Below, piece after piece: positions 9,632 to 19,819 of a stretch of DNA of 64,000 nt (within the stretch, counting starts at the first letter, position 1; every line of letters starts with the position of its first letter). The notes beneath the pieces were generated by a model. The model did no database searches. It had not been told where the DNA came from and saw only the letters and a list, made by a program, of their open reading frames with translations. The translations under genes and the position numbers were made by a program. The DNA is from Deinococcales bacterium (lineage in GTDB: Bacteria; Deinococcota; Deinococci; Deinococcales; JAAFIG01): contig JANNVX010000075.1 in NCBI GenBank assembly GCA_031414595.1, forward strand, positions 1 through 64,000, in the 5' to 3' direction.

Positions 9632-10801
9632 CTATTTTAAGAATGCAATGTTCCTAAAATTCGCCCCAAGAATGTCTTTACTCGGTACGTTTAACCAACC
9701 GTCTAGCGCTGTGGCGTAGACTTGCCTAAAATCGGTGGTCATCACAGGGTCGCCGTCGCTGAGTTTTTCTAAGTCTGGTTGAGCGCCATACAGCCCACCT
9801 TTTACCCCGTCGCCAATCGTAAACATTAAGCCAGCTTTGCCGTGGTCTGTGCCTGAACTGGCGTTCTCGGCGAGTCTGCGTCCAAATTCGGAAAAACCAA
9901 TAATCATTACGTCTTGCAGTCTGCCTTGCTTCTCGAGGTCGGCTCTAAAAGCCATGATTGCGCTTGCCAGTGTCCCCAGCAGTTCTGGATGGTCTTCTGG
10001 TTGGGCGGCGTGGGTATCGTAACCGCCTTGAGACGTGTAAAAGACCCGTGGTCCAACATCAGCGCTGATTAACCTAGCAACATCGCGTAAAGATTTTGCC
10101 AAGCTACTATCTGGGTACTGCACTCCAGCTTTGTACTTGCTGACACCTTTTTGGACACTTTCGATATTGCTAAACATTTGTCTGGTGGCGTTGCGAATCG
10201 TTTCGGCTCTTCCTGGTAAATTAGACTCAAGCATCACATCTACGGCACTTTTGGTTTCTGGGGCAAGTTTTAACTGAAAAGAATCAATACTGGCAATGCT
10301 AGGCAAAATAATATCTGCGCCACGCAGCGCTAACGGGGTCGTGCCGCCAAAATTGGTAGCACAGAATGGGTCGCCGTATTTCTCGGCAATTTTTCCAATC
10401 CAACCATCGTGTTCTCGAGCCGACGGGTCGGCGGTGTGCCAAATTGCCATACTTTCAAAATGGCTACGGTTCGCATTTGGGTAGCCGACACCTTGTACCA
10501 AACCAAGTTGACCATTGTCCCAAAGCGGCATTAAAGGCTTGAGGCTTGGGTGCAAACCAACATCGCTCGAAAGCGTCAGGACATCTTTTTTCTCGATGGC
10601 AATACTTGGGCGAGCCGCATAATACGCACCGTTGCTGTACGGTACAAGGGTATTAAGCGCGTCGTTGCCACCGCTCAGTTGAATCACGACTAAAATTTTG
10701 CCTTTGCCAATTGCCGCCTGAGCGCTTTTTGCCAGAAAACCAGGTCCAGTTAAACCCGCCACGGTCAGCATTGAAGATTTTAAGAAATCACGTCTTTTCA
10801 T
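9632..10801 (-). CDS. DUF1501-family Tat-exported protein
   Basis: MKRRDFLK twin-arginine leader, GGNDALN, SHFES, GGYDTH, SEFGRR, GTDHG. Confidence 0.88.
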   Translation of the reverse strand: MKRRDFLKSSMLTVAGLTGPGFLAKSAQAAIGKGKILVVIQLSGGNDALNTLVPYSNGAYYAARPSIAIEKKDVLTLSSDVGLHPSLKPLMPLWDNGQLGLVQGVGYPNANRSHFESMAIWHTADPSAREHDGWIGKIAEKYGDPFCATNFGGTTPLALRGADIILPSIASIDSFQLKLAPETKSAVDVMLESNLPGRAETIRNATRQMFSNIESVQKGVSKYKAGVQYPDSSLAKSLRDVARLISADVGPRVFYTSQGGYDTHAAQPEDHPELLGTLASAIMAFRADLEKQGRLQDVMIIGFSEFGRRLAENASSGTDHGKAGLMFTIGDGVKGGLYGAQPDLEKLSDGDPVMTTDFRQVYATALDGWLNVPSKDILGANFRNIAFLK

Positions 10802-10824
10802 AGATAGCTCCTAGCGGCTAGTTT

Positions 10825-10971
10825 TTAGCTTCTAGCAAAAGCAAAACAGAGTTGAATGGGTACAAGCCGAAACTCGAGGGGACAGAAACACTGACGTTGA
10901 ATCTCGAGCGAGATACGAATTTTTCTAAAAGGGCAACTGGTTTTATGACAACTTTTGCAGTCGTGTTTCAT
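10825..10971 (-). CDS. Small Cys-rich ORF (48 aa), not in the ORF track
   Basis: MKHDCKSCHKTSCPFRKIRISLEIQRQCFCPLEFRLVPIQLCFAFARS; GGGAG RBS; fills the DUF1800-DUF1501 gap. Confidence 0.45.
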   Translation of the reverse strand: MKHDCKSCHKTSCPFRKIRISLEIQRQCFCPLEFRLVPIQLCFAFARS

Positions 10972-10978
10972 AAGCTCC

Positions 10979-12400
10979 CTAATTTAAGTGATACTGCGGC
11001 GAAATCATTGTTAGGTAGGCTAAACCCTTTGCAACTTCTGGGGTGTTGCGCCCTTTGGCTGCCAACTCGAGGGCGCGACGTAAACTACCGGTTGGGGCGC
11101 TGCCGAGGTGGGTTTGACCAATTAAATCTATTGTTTGGGCTAAGGTACTGCCCATCATCCACTCGAGGCTCGGGATTTTCTTTTGTCCATTGCCGCCTTG
11201 GACTTCACCGTTTTTGCCTCGCCCTGCCGTCGGTAAACTGCCACTGGCTAAAGTTGCCATGTACTGTAGGCGGTTTAACATGGTGGTATCGGCAATCCAG
11301 TCAATATCGCCATCCCAACCCGACACATCGGGGGGAAAAAACGGGATTTGTGCCATGCGCGATAAGATACCCGACAAAGCGCTTTCGTGTTGTGGCTCGA
11401 GAGTGGCTTTGGTGGCTCGGAGCGAACCAATTACAAACTCGAGTGGGGTTTTAATTAAGCCAAAACGATTTTCTGGGGCATAGAATTCTTGGCTGTTAAA
11501 AATTTCGCGCAGCACTTCGCGGATATTGCCTTTTGAGCGCTCCCAGAGCGTTGAGAGGTCATTCAGGGTTTCTGCTGAGATTTGTGGTGAAACGAAGAAA
11601 TGCCAAAGTTTTGTGACCATGTACTTAGCGGTACTTGGGTGATTAACCACAATTCGCACAATATCTTCGCCGTTCCAATTGCCTGTCTGCCCTAACACGG
11701 TTTTATTGCCCGTATCGTGTTCTTTTTGATTAAAAACAAATTCAGGGTTTTTGACAGCCGCCTCAGACCCATTGCGTTTATAAGTAAACGTCCAACCTGT
11801 GAAAGCCCGAGCCGCTTCTTGAATGTCACGTTCGCTATAGCCACCGTTTACGCCCATAGTAAAGAGTTCCATGACTTCACGAGCAAAATTCTCATTGGGT
11901 TTTTTCTTGGTGTTGACGTTGTTGTCTAAGTACCGCAGCATGGCAGGGTCTTTAGAGACCTCTAAGGTCAAGGTTTCAAATTTACCCAGTGCCAAACGCC
12001 GAAACAATTCGTTTTGGGTTTGTAACATAAAGCCGTTCCTGACCTTATCTAAGCCACTGACAAAATGACCATGCCAAAAAAGCGTCATTTTTTCTTTTAA
12101 GGGTTCTCGAGAAACCCGCATTTTATAGAGCCACCACGCCTGAGCCACGGGAATGGTACTAGCAACTTGTTGATTGACGGGGCGACCAGCTTCTCTCGCC
12201 GTGTTAAATTGCTCATCTAAGTCGTGAGGGTTGCGTTCTGTGCCATCAAAACTCGAGAACGATAAGAGTCTTTCGGCAGCCAAGCCAACACCTAAGCGGC
12301 GCAGTGCCTCAATATCCTCAAGGCTGCCACCAAATCCAGCGCGGCGAAGCAAATGACTGGCATCTTCAAAGCTGTACTCTTTTGGGTTATACGGTTTCAT
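10979..12400 (-). CDS. DUF1800-family protein
   Basis: HLLRRAGFG, EKMTLFWHGHF, DPAMLRYLDN, PNENFAREVMELFTMG, PPDVSGW; GGAGG RBS before MKPY. Confidence 0.9.
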   Translation of the reverse strand: MKPYNPKEYSFEDASHLLRRAGFGGSLEDIEALRRLGVGLAAERLLSFSSFDGTERNPHDLDEQFNTAREAGRPVNQQVASTIPVAQAWWLYKMRVSREPLKEKMTLFWHGHFVSGLDKVRNGFMLQTQNELFRRLALGKFETLTLEVSKDPAMLRYLDNNVNTKKKPNENFAREVMELFTMGVNGGYSERDIQEAARAFTGWTFTYKRNGSEAAVKNPEFVFNQKEHDTGNKTVLGQTGNWNGEDIVRIVVNHPSTAKYMVTKLWHFFVSPQISAETLNDLSTLWERSKGNIREVLREIFNSQEFYAPENRFGLIKTPLEFVIGSLRATKATLEPQHESALSGILSRMAQIPFFPPDVSGWDGDIDWIADTTMLNRLQYMATLASGSLPTAGRGKNGEVQGGNGQKKIPSLEWMMGSTLAQTIDLIGQTHLGSAPTGSLRRALELAAKGRNTPEVAKGLAYLTMISPQYHLN

Positions 12401-12493
12401 AGTTCCTCCAATTCGGTATTTGCACCTAGGATGCAAGTCTGCGCTTAAAAGTTCCCGCGTGAAAAAAGCCACGTTCTCGAGTAGACTGGTCTG

Positions 12494-13396
12494 GTGATTG
12501 AAACTGTTCAGAATGACGCTTGGCGTTTAAGCCTTTGTCCGCGCCTCGGCGCAAGCCCAATTCGTTTAGAAGCCTGTATCAACGGTCAGTGGCAAGACAT
12601 CATGCGCCCAACCCCAGCCGAATTACTAGAAGGCACAAACAGTTCTAAATTCTCGAGCTACACCCTGTCCCCGTGGAGCAACCGTATCCCCAATGGGCAA
12701 TTTAGTTTTATGGGACAAAATCATCAGTTACGCATCAACAGCCCAAAAGAACAAACCGCTCGGCACGGCGATGTCCAAGACCGTGCTTGGAAGATAGTTA
12801 ATCATGGTTCAAGTCTCGAGTGCAGCTTTGACTCGAGTTGGTATCCAGACATCAATTTTCCATTTCCTTTTGCCATGACCATCACCCACACCCTGAGAAA
12901 AAGCATGTACATCACCGAGATGACCCTAACAAATACGGGTTCAAGCCCAATGCCGGCTGGGATGGGAATTCATCCTTATTTCTTGCGTCACAGCCACACC
13001 CCAAAATTGCGCTTTAATGCCGAACACATTTACTTAACCGACTCGAGCAACGTACCTAAAAAGGCAGCCGAACCTATCCCCGAACGCTTTGATTTTACCA
13101 AGCTCAAGCCACTTGACGACCACGGTATAGACCATGTTTACCAAGGCTGGGACGGTATTTTGGAACTCGTCTGGGAAGACATCACCCTCAACTTAGAGGC
13201 TTCTGAGATTTTTGAGCATTTTGTGCTGTTCACGGCTGCGCCAGACCAAACCATTGCTTTAGAGCCAATCAGCCATGCCACCAATGCCTTTAACTTAGCC
13301 GAGCAAGGAATTGAAAACACTGGACACCGTGTTCTTGCGCCCCAAGAAAGCCTGACGGGTGATATTTGGATTTGGATCGAACCCACTGAATCCTAG
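12494..13396 (+). CDS. Aldose 1-epimerase family protein
   Basis: PWSNRI, HG, GIHPYF, DH, ALEP motifs. Confidence 0.85.
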   Translation: MIETVQNDAWRLSLCPRLGASPIRLEACINGQWQDIMRPTPAELLEGTNSSKFSSYTLSPWSNRIPNGQFSFMGQNHQLRINSPKEQTARHGDVQDRAWKIVNHGSSLECSFDSSWYPDINFPFPFAMTITHTLRKSMYITEMTLTNTGSSPMPAGMGIHPYFLRHSHTPKLRFNAEHIYLTDSSNVPKKAAEPIPERFDFTKLKPLDDHGIDHVYQGWDGILELVWEDITLNLEASEIFEHFVLFTAAPDQTIALEPISHATNAFNLAEQGIENTGHRVLAPQESLTGDIWIWIEPTES

Positions 13397-13435
13397 CCCC
13401 TTGTGTTGTCTAGCCTAAGCCTCGAGAATAAAGCC

Positions 13436-14020
13436 ATGAAAATCTATACCAAAACAGGTGATAACGGCGAGACTTCTTTGTACGGCGGCGAACGAGTCGC
13501 CAAATTCTCACAGCGCGTCGAGGCTTATGGCACAGTAGACGAAGGCAACAGCGCCATCGGTATGGCTCGAGCCACCTTGCAAGACGTGGAACTGGATGCA
13601 GTGCTTGCCGAAATTCAAAATGCCCTTTTTGATGTTGGGGCAGACCTTGCCACCCCGATTGGCTCGAAGTACGAAAAAAACTTGGTGCGAATAGATTCCC
13701 AAGATGTTTTGAGGCTCGAGAATTTAATAGACCAGTATCAACTCGAGTGTCCAGAATTTAAGAACTTTATTCACCCCGGCGGTACATCGGCTGCGGCTGC
13801 CCTGCACCTCGCCCGAACCATCACAAGGCGTGCCGAACGTGAAGTGCTGCGTTTAGAAGACCAAGAACCCAGCAACCATGATGTTGTGCTGTACTTAAAT
13901 CGCTTATCGGATTTCTTATTTATTCTGGCTCGAGTGGTCAATGCCAGAAGCGGTATGTCTGAAGCTGGCTGGCATGTCAAAGCAAGGAGGCAAAAGGCAA
14001 AAGGCGAAGGGCAAAAGTAA
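13436..14020 (+). CDS. PduO-type cob(I)alamin adenosyltransferase
   Basis: KIYTKTGDNGET, YGTVDE, RRAER, YLNRLSDFLF. Confidence 0.93.
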   Translation: MKIYTKTGDNGETSLYGGERVAKFSQRVEAYGTVDEGNSAIGMARATLQDVELDAVLAEIQNALFDVGADLATPIGSKYEKNLVRIDSQDVLRLENLIDQYQLECPEFKNFIHPGGTSAAAALHLARTITRRAEREVLRLEDQEPSNHDVVLYLNRLSDFLFILARVVNARSGMSEAGWHVKARRQKAKGEGQK

Positions 14021-14044
14021 AACCTTTTGCCTTTTGCCTTTTGC
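13982..14044. repeat. Inverted array of GGCAAAA heptamers (hairpin/terminator-like)
   Basis: GGCAAAA GGCAAAA GGCGAAG GGCAAAA ... CTTTTGC CTTTTGC CTTTTGC. Confidence 0.7.
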
Positions 14045-14057
14045 TGTACAATAGTGC

Positions 14058-14870
14058 ATGGATAAATACCTCGTTGGTGGTAAAAAATGGCGTTTGAAGA
14101 ACATTGACCCTGATGATGTTGGTAAGTTCAAAGGTGGCTCTGGACGCGAAAAATGCGAAGCCAAAACAGTAAAATTGTATGAGCGAATTGCCGAATTGCA
14201 AGAAGTCTTGTTTGCCAGTCAGTCTCGAGCTTTGTTGGTTGTTTTTCAGGCGATGGATGGCAGTGGTAAAGACAGTGCGATTAAGTATATTTTTCAAGAG
14301 TGTAGCCCAAACGGGATTCGGGTGGCGTATTTCAAAGCACCGACCAGTTTAGAACTCAGTCATGATTACCTGTGGCGGATTCATGCCGCACTGCCACCCA
14401 AAGGAATCGTTGGGGTTTTGAACCGCTCGCATTACGAAGATGTTTTGATTACTCGGGTTCACAAATGGGTGTCGGATAAACAAGCCGCTAAGCGCTTTAA
14501 GCAGATTCGTGGGTTTGAAGAAATGCTAACTGAAGAAGGCACAAGTATCCTTAAATTTAATTTTGTAATCAGTAAAGAAGAACAAGCCATTCAACTTCAA
14601 GAACGGATTGATGACCCAACCAAACGCTGGAAATTTAACTTGGGCGACCTCGATGAACGTAAACTCTGGGATACTTATATGGAGATGTACCAAGAAGCGA
14701 TGATTCAAACCAGCACCGCCGTTGCGCCGTGGTATGCCGTGCCGGGTAATAATCGGTGGTACCGTAATTATGTGATTGCCTCGATTATTGTGGATACCCT
14801 TGAAGCCATGAAACTCGAGTACCCAACGCCCAAAGGTGAGATTGACTGGGCGACCTTAAAAGTCCAATAA
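14058..14870 (+). CDS. ppk2: Polyphosphate kinase 2 family (class III-like)
   Basis: QAMDGSGKD, FKAPT, HDYLWR, NRSHYEDVL, KRWKF. Confidence 0.92.
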   Translation: MDKYLVGGKKWRLKNIDPDDVGKFKGGSGREKCEAKTVKLYERIAELQEVLFASQSRALLVVFQAMDGSGKDSAIKYIFQECSPNGIRVAYFKAPTSLELSHDYLWRIHAALPPKGIVGVLNRSHYEDVLITRVHKWVSDKQAAKRFKQIRGFEEMLTEEGTSILKFNFVISKEEQAIQLQERIDDPTKRWKFNLGDLDERKLWDTYMEMYQEAMIQTSTAVAPWYAVPGNNRWYRNYVIASIIVDTLEAMKLEYPTPKGEIDWATLKVQ

Positions 14871-14872
14871 TT

Positions 14873-15295
14873 ATGCCAAGTCAAACTTTGCGCCCTACGG
14901 TGTTAATTGCCGACGACGAACCAAGTATTCGTCAGTTCTTAGAAGTGATTCTCAGTGCTGATTTTGAGGTTTCAAGTGTGCCAGATGGTCGGGCGGCAGC
15001 CGATTACTTAAAACTGAACACCCCAGATTTGATTATCTTGGATGTCAACATGCCACATGTGAATGGCTTAGATTTATGCGGCAAACTCAAACGAATGCTG
15101 CGTTTTGAACACACGCCGATTATTATTCTGACCGCCAGCCAAGACGACCGTACCAAAGACCATGCCAAGCTCTCTAAAGCCGATGTCTTTGTGACAAAAC
15201 CACTTTCGGGCAAGAATTTTCTCGAGTTGACACGGCGTTTAATTCGTGGTGAACAAGACAAAATCGAGGAATTGTTAAAGCAGACGCGGTTTTAA
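14873..15295 (+). CDS. Single-domain response regulator (receiver)
   Basis: LIADDE, LIILDVNMP, ILTA, TKP. Confidence 0.9.
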   Translation: MPSQTLRPTVLIADDEPSIRQFLEVILSADFEVSSVPDGRAAADYLKLNTPDLIILDVNMPHVNGLDLCGKLKRMLRFEHTPIIILTASQDDRTKDHAKLSKADVFVTKPLSGKNFLELTRRLIRGEQDKIEELLKQTRF

Positions 15296-15439
15296 TTTGA
15301 GCTTCTAGTTATTAGCTTCTAGCTGTTGACCAAGTTTCTCGAGAATTCTTAGTTTTTTTTGGTAGAGCCTCCAAAAGAATGCCATTTCATCATTGTCACA
15401 GGACAGACACGGGGGTGTCTTGACCATAAACGCGCACCT

Positions 15440-15514
15440 GACGGGCATGGTCGCCTGTCCCTACAGTCATGGAATAAAAATGCGTGAGGTAGGGGCGAAT
15501 CCCCGTGTTCGCCC
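15440..15514. repeat. Inverted pair of GTAG-type REP-like palindromes
   Basis: GTAGGGACAGGCGACCATGCCCGTC (-, 15464-15440) and GTAGGGGCGAATCCCCGTGTTCGCCC (+, 15489-15514). Confidence 0.65.
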
Positions 15515-15602
15515 TGTTTTTTCATTCACGCATTTGATGAAAAATCCTAAAAATCAAGACCTTCTGGAGGCTTTAGCAGTTGCAAGCCTCGGCTGTGCTT
15601 TG

Positions 15603-15720
15603 TATACTCGAGGGTAATGAAACCACAGGTTTTCTCATGGCGAATGCCAAGCAATACCCAGCTACCGTAGAGTCTTAGACTCGAGGTTCGTTGGGGCGTT
15701 GATGCGTCCCATTTTTTTTT
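15603..15720 (+). promoter_or_regulatory. metG leader: TATACT box, 17-codon uORF (15617-15670) and terminator-like hairpin (15692-15720)
   Basis: uORF MKPQVFSWRMPSNTQLP; hairpin TGGGGCGT..GCGTCCCA followed by T9. Confidence 0.5.
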
Positions 15721-15731
15721 GAAAGGAAATC

Positions 15732-17654
15732 ATGAATAAAACGTTTTATGTGACCACCCCGATTTATTATGTCAACGACGTGCCTCACCTTGGTCATGCT
15801 TACGCAACGTTGGTTGCCGATACCTTGGCTCGGTATCACCGTTTAGCGGGTTATGACACCTATTTTTTGACGGGTACAGACGAACACGGCGAAAAAATCT
15901 GGAAAGTGGTGCAAGCCCTCGGGCGCGAGCCTCAAGAGTACGTGGATGAAATTGCCGAAACTGGTTTTAAGGCACTTTGGCAACGTTGGGGCTTAAGCAA
16001 CGATGATTTTATTCGCACCACCCAAACCCGCCATATCAAGTATGTCCAAAGCATCTTGCAGCGCTTATATGAGGCTGGCGACATTTACTTTGCCGAGTAC
16101 GAAGGTTTATACAGCATTGGCTCTGAGCGTTATGTGACCGAAAAAGAATTGGTCGAGGGAGCAGATGGTGTTCGTCGCCTACCCGGAGACCGTGACCCAC
16201 CAGAATTGCGCCGTGAAGCCAATTATTTTTTTAAGCTCGAGAAATACCGCCCATGGTTAATTGGATACCTGAACGAGCATCCAAATTTAATCGAACCTGT
16301 AAGTTACCGCAACGAAGTCATAGAAATGCTGCGTGAGCCAATTGGGGATTTAAGCATCTCGAGACCAGCTGGGCGTTTACCGTGGGGAATTCCGATTCCG
16401 TGGGATGTCGGCGATGTTTGTTATGTCTGGTTTGATGCGCTGCTGAATTACGTTTCGGCACTCGGCGGCGAAGGCGACCCGAAATTTGAAACTTACTGGC
16501 GCAGTGCTTGGCATTTGGTTGGTAAGGATATTCTGAAAACCCATTCGGTCTTTTGGCTGCCAATGCTTAAGGCTGCGGGCTTACCCTTGTACGAAAAACT
16601 GGTGGTACACGCCCATATTCTTGGCTTTGACGGGCGCAAAATGGGCAAAAGCCTAGGCAACGCGGTAGACCCTCTTCTGATGGAAGAAAAATACGGTATT
16701 GATGCCCTGCGCTACGCGCTGCTTCGTGAAACAACTTTCCAAGCCGACAGTGCTTTTGGCGAGAAAATTTTAGTCAACCGCTTAAATTCTGACCTTGCCA
16801 ACGACCTTGGGAATCTGCTCTCGAGGGTGCTGAGTATGCTCGAGAAATTCCATGATGGCATTATTCCTGTGCCAGACCAACTCGGCGCAAGGGAAGAAGG
16901 TATTAAAGCGGCTGCCTTAAAACTCCCAGACAGCACCTTGGAAGAAGTACGCGGCTTGCGGTTTCACTTGGCAATCGAAAAAATCATGGAATTTGTGCGT
17001 GACTTAAACCGTTATGTGGCAGAAACCAAACCTTGGGAACTGGCTAAGCTCGAAGATAAAACCCGTCTAAATACTGTCTTGTACACCCTTGTTGAAGGTA
17101 TCCGTGTGGCTTCGGTGTTACTCGAGCCAGTCATCCCCAATCAAGCCAAAGAAATCCGTAAACAACTTGGACTCGAGCCAAGCTATGTTCTCGAGCCAGC
17201 TTGGGGACTGACCAAAAGCGGCAGCCGAATTGCCCCAGCCAGTGTCTTATTCCCCAAAGTCGAATTAAAGGAAACCCCAATGACCCCAGAAATCCCAGTC
17301 ACCCCCGTTCTCGAGACCAAAATAGAAGAATTTATTGGTATCGAAGATTTTGCGCGCATTCAATTGCGTGTGGCTGAAGTTCTCGAGTGCGAAAAAGTCC
17401 CCAAAGCCGATAAGTTACTTAAACTAACTGTGGCATTAGGGGAAGAACGCCGCACCATTTTATCGGGCATTGCCGAGTATTACACGCCTGAAGAAATGAT
17501 TGGAAAACAAGTCGTGGTTGTGGCAAACCTTGCCCCACGCAAAATGCGCGGCATCGAAAGCCAAGGGATGATTTTGGCTGCCACTGACGAAAATGGCAAA
17601 GTGGTCATTGTTACTCCAGAGCGCCTTGTACCAAGTGGTGTGGAGGTGCGTTAA
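15732..17654 (+). CDS. metG: Methionine-tRNA ligase with C-terminal tRNA-binding domain
   Basis: TTPIYYVND, HLGH, GTDEHG, YVWFDAL, KMGKS, SQGMILA. Confidence 0.97.
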   Translation: MNKTFYVTTPIYYVNDVPHLGHAYATLVADTLARYHRLAGYDTYFLTGTDEHGEKIWKVVQALGREPQEYVDEIAETGFKALWQRWGLSNDDFIRTTQTRHIKYVQSILQRLYEAGDIYFAEYEGLYSIGSERYVTEKELVEGADGVRRLPGDRDPPELRREANYFFKLEKYRPWLIGYLNEHPNLIEPVSYRNEVIEMLREPIGDLSISRPAGRLPWGIPIPWDVGDVCYVWFDALLNYVSALGGEGDPKFETYWRSAWHLVGKDILKTHSVFWLPMLKAAGLPLYEKLVVHAHILGFDGRKMGKSLGNAVDPLLMEEKYGIDALRYALLRETTFQADSAFGEKILVNRLNSDLANDLGNLLSRVLSMLEKFHDGIIPVPDQLGAREEGIKAAALKLPDSTLEEVRGLRFHLAIEKIMEFVRDLNRYVAETKPWELAKLEDKTRLNTVLYTLVEGIRVASVLLEPVIPNQAKEIRKQLGLEPSYVLEPAWGLTKSGSRIAPASVLFPKVELKETPMTPEIPVTPVLETKIEEFIGIEDFARIQLRVAEVLECEKVPKADKLLKLTVALGEERRTILSGIAEYYTPEEMIGKQVVVVANLAPRKMRGIESQGMILAATDENGKVVIVTPERLVPSGVEVR

Positions 17655-17676
17655 GGGAAATGAATTATCAATACTT

Positions 17677-17700
17677 GTAGGGGCAAGGCATGCCTTGCCC
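17677..17700 (+). repeat. GTAG-type REP-like palindrome
   Basis: GTAG GGGCAAGGCATGCCTTGCCC between convergent genes. Confidence 0.65.
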
Positions 17701-17726
17701 TGTGGGAGGTTATTTTCGTTCAAGCC

Positions 17727-18743
17727 CTAAGTTTCCCGTGGGTCAAGCGCATCACGCAGGGCATCGCCGAGTAAATTCCAGCCAACGCTAAAAAGCAGAA
17801 TAAAAAAAGCTGGGAAAAAACTGACGTACCAATAACCAAATGGTGAACCGCTTGGTCCAATAATAAAAGCCCGAGCAAACGCCACCATCTGCCCCCAATC
17901 GGCATAACCGGGTGGTGTACCAAGCCCCAAAAAGCTGAGGGCAGCCGCCGAAAGTGGGACGGTGCTAAAGTCAAGCACGGCAATCACAATAATCGGTGTC
18001 AGGGCATTGGGCAGCACATGCCTAAAAATTTGGCGTAAATTGCCAGCCCCTAATGCCCTTGCTGCTTCGATGTACTCGAGGTGTCGCAGTTTAAGAATTT
18101 CACCACGAAGCACCCTTGCATAACCCGCCCAACCAATTAAGACCAACGCCAAGGCAATTTTATCTAAGCCTTTACCAAATAACGAAGCAATCACAATCGT
18201 TAGAATTAAACCCGGTAAGGCAAAAATAATATCTACGATACGCATGATTACATTGTCTACCCAACCGCCAAAGAATCCTGCTAAACCTCCCAAAAAAATA
18301 CCAATCACCAGCGTCGGGATGACCACACTTAAAGACAACTGAAAAGCGGTTCGTGTTCCCCAAACCAAGCCGTACCAAATGTCGTAGCCACTGCTTGTGC
18401 CAAGAATTGCGCCGTCCACTCCGGGTGGGGTAGGAACACTGGCAAAACTGATGCGGTGAACATTAAAGCAACTTTGTGGTGGCACAAGAATGCTTTTCCA
18501 AAAAAGTGGGGCGAATGGATTATAAACACTTGTCCCTTCTGGCACATCTAAGTCACGTAGACAATTGCCTTTTGGGGTAGCAAGTAAGGGCGCAAAAATT
18601 GCCATTATGGTAAAACACAAAGCAATAAATAAGCCCACCAAAGCCAATGGATTCTTGCGAAAACGTCTGGCTGGACGAGCAGTCCACCAAGTTTGTCCGA
18701 CCTCCGTCGTTGGCGCTACCGAAGCAGTTGTCATGGTACTCAT
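17727..18743 (-). CDS. Oligopeptide ABC transporter permease (OppC-like)
   Basis: RRFRKNPLA, EYIEAARALGA, RHVLPN, GDALRDALDPR. Confidence 0.93.
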   Translation of the reverse strand: MSTMTTASVAPTTEVGQTWWTARPARRFRKNPLALVGLFIALCFTIMAIFAPLLATPKGNCLRDLDVPEGTSVYNPFAPLFWKSILVPPQSCFNVHRISFASVPTPPGVDGAILGTSSGYDIWYGLVWGTRTAFQLSLSVVIPTLVIGIFLGGLAGFFGGWVDNVIMRIVDIIFALPGLILTIVIASLFGKGLDKIALALVLIGWAGYARVLRGEILKLRHLEYIEAARALGAGNLRQIFRHVLPNALTPIIVIAVLDFSTVPLSAAALSFLGLGTPPGYADWGQMVAFARAFIIGPSGSPFGYWYVSFFPAFFILLFSVGWNLLGDALRDALDPRET

Positions 18744-19762
18744 TAGTCAAACCTCACTCGAGGGTCAAAGAAACTGTACAGAATATCTATAACCAAATTG
18801 CTGATAACAACAATCACCCCAATAAAAAGCGCAAAGCCAAGTACCCCCGCATAGTCAAGGCTCACGGCGGCAGTTGCGCCCCAAGAACCAATTCCGGGAT
18901 AAGAAAAAATTGTTTCGGTAATCACTGCGCCAGACAACAAGCCTTGAATCGTAAAGCCTGCCAAGGTAACGATTGGCAAAATCGCATTGCGCCGCGCATG
19001 TTTGATGTTGACTGCGTTATCGCTTAAGCCTTTAGCCCTTGCAGTACGGACATAATCGGCTTTAAGCACATCAAGTAATTGGTTACGCATGACTTTTAAG
19101 GTACTGGCGACTTGAATAATCGCTAGGGTCATGACTGGTAAAATCATATGTTGCAAAGCATTGATTAGCACATTCCATTTACCTGCCAAAATTGAATCTA
19201 TGGTAATCATACCCGTGACGACTGGCACAGGGTCGGTGATGGCAAGTACCGTGTCGGTGCGTCCAAAACCGGGCAGTATACCCAACGCCCCGTAAAAAAC
19301 CACCAAAAGTAAAATCCCCACCACAAAAGTTGGCAAGCTGTACCCAATGACTGAAATAACCCGTAAAGCCTGGTCAAGGAATTTATCTTTGCCAAGAGCG
19401 CTGAGCGTACCAAGCCAAACCGCCAACGGGATAATAAAAAAACTGGCAAAAATAGCTAACTCGAGGGTGGCTGGGAAACGCTGTAAAATCGTGTCCAATA
19501 CGGGCAAACTACTGGCTTTAGAAAAACCAAAATTGCCTTGGGCAGCGTTGCCTAGCCAATTCCAATACTGTATATAAAAAGGTTGGTCTAAACCATTTTC
19601 TTTAATGATTAAATCAATGTTCCGCATCTGATTTTCGTTTTTAATAAAACTAACGGCGCGTTCTCGAGGTGATAAGAATTGTAGTAACCCCACAATCAAC
19701 AAAGTCAACGCCATCATCACCAAAGGCAAACTGGCTAAGCGACGTAAAATAAAAGTCAACAT
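18743..19762 (-). CDS. Oligopeptide ABC transporter permease (OppB-like)
   Basis: GLDQPFYIQY, DYVRTARAKGL, DPRVRF. Confidence 0.93.
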   Translation of the reverse strand: MLTFILRRLASLPLVMMALTLLIVGLLQFLSPRERAVSFIKNENQMRNIDLIIKENGLDQPFYIQYWNWLGNAAQGNFGFSKASSLPVLDTILQRFPATLELAIFASFFIIPLAVWLGTLSALGKDKFLDQALRVISVIGYSLPTFVVGILLLVVFYGALGILPGFGRTDTVLAITDPVPVVTGMITIDSILAGKWNVLINALQHMILPVMTLAIIQVASTLKVMRNQLLDVLKADYVRTARAKGLSDNAVNIKHARRNAILPIVTLAGFTIQGLLSGAVITETIFSYPGIGSWGATAAVSLDYAGVLGFALFIGVIVVISNLVIDILYSFFDPRVRFD

Positions 19763-19783
19763 AAGTAATCTCTTTTTTATTTT

Positions 19784-19811
19784 TTGAGGAGAGGAATAAT
19801 CCCCTCCTCAA
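19784..19811 (-). other. Intercistronic hairpin after the solute-binding gene (likely mRNA-stabilising)
   Basis: TTGAGGAGAGGA-ATAA-TCCCCTCCTCAA; no U-tract in the transcribed direction. Confidence 0.55.
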
Positions 19812-19819
19812 GTAATGGC

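Noticed and set aside
15397-15520. Riboswitch, T-box or 6S/Y RNA upstream of metG
   Set aside because: No recognisable consensus; the pairing is explained by REP-like palindromes.
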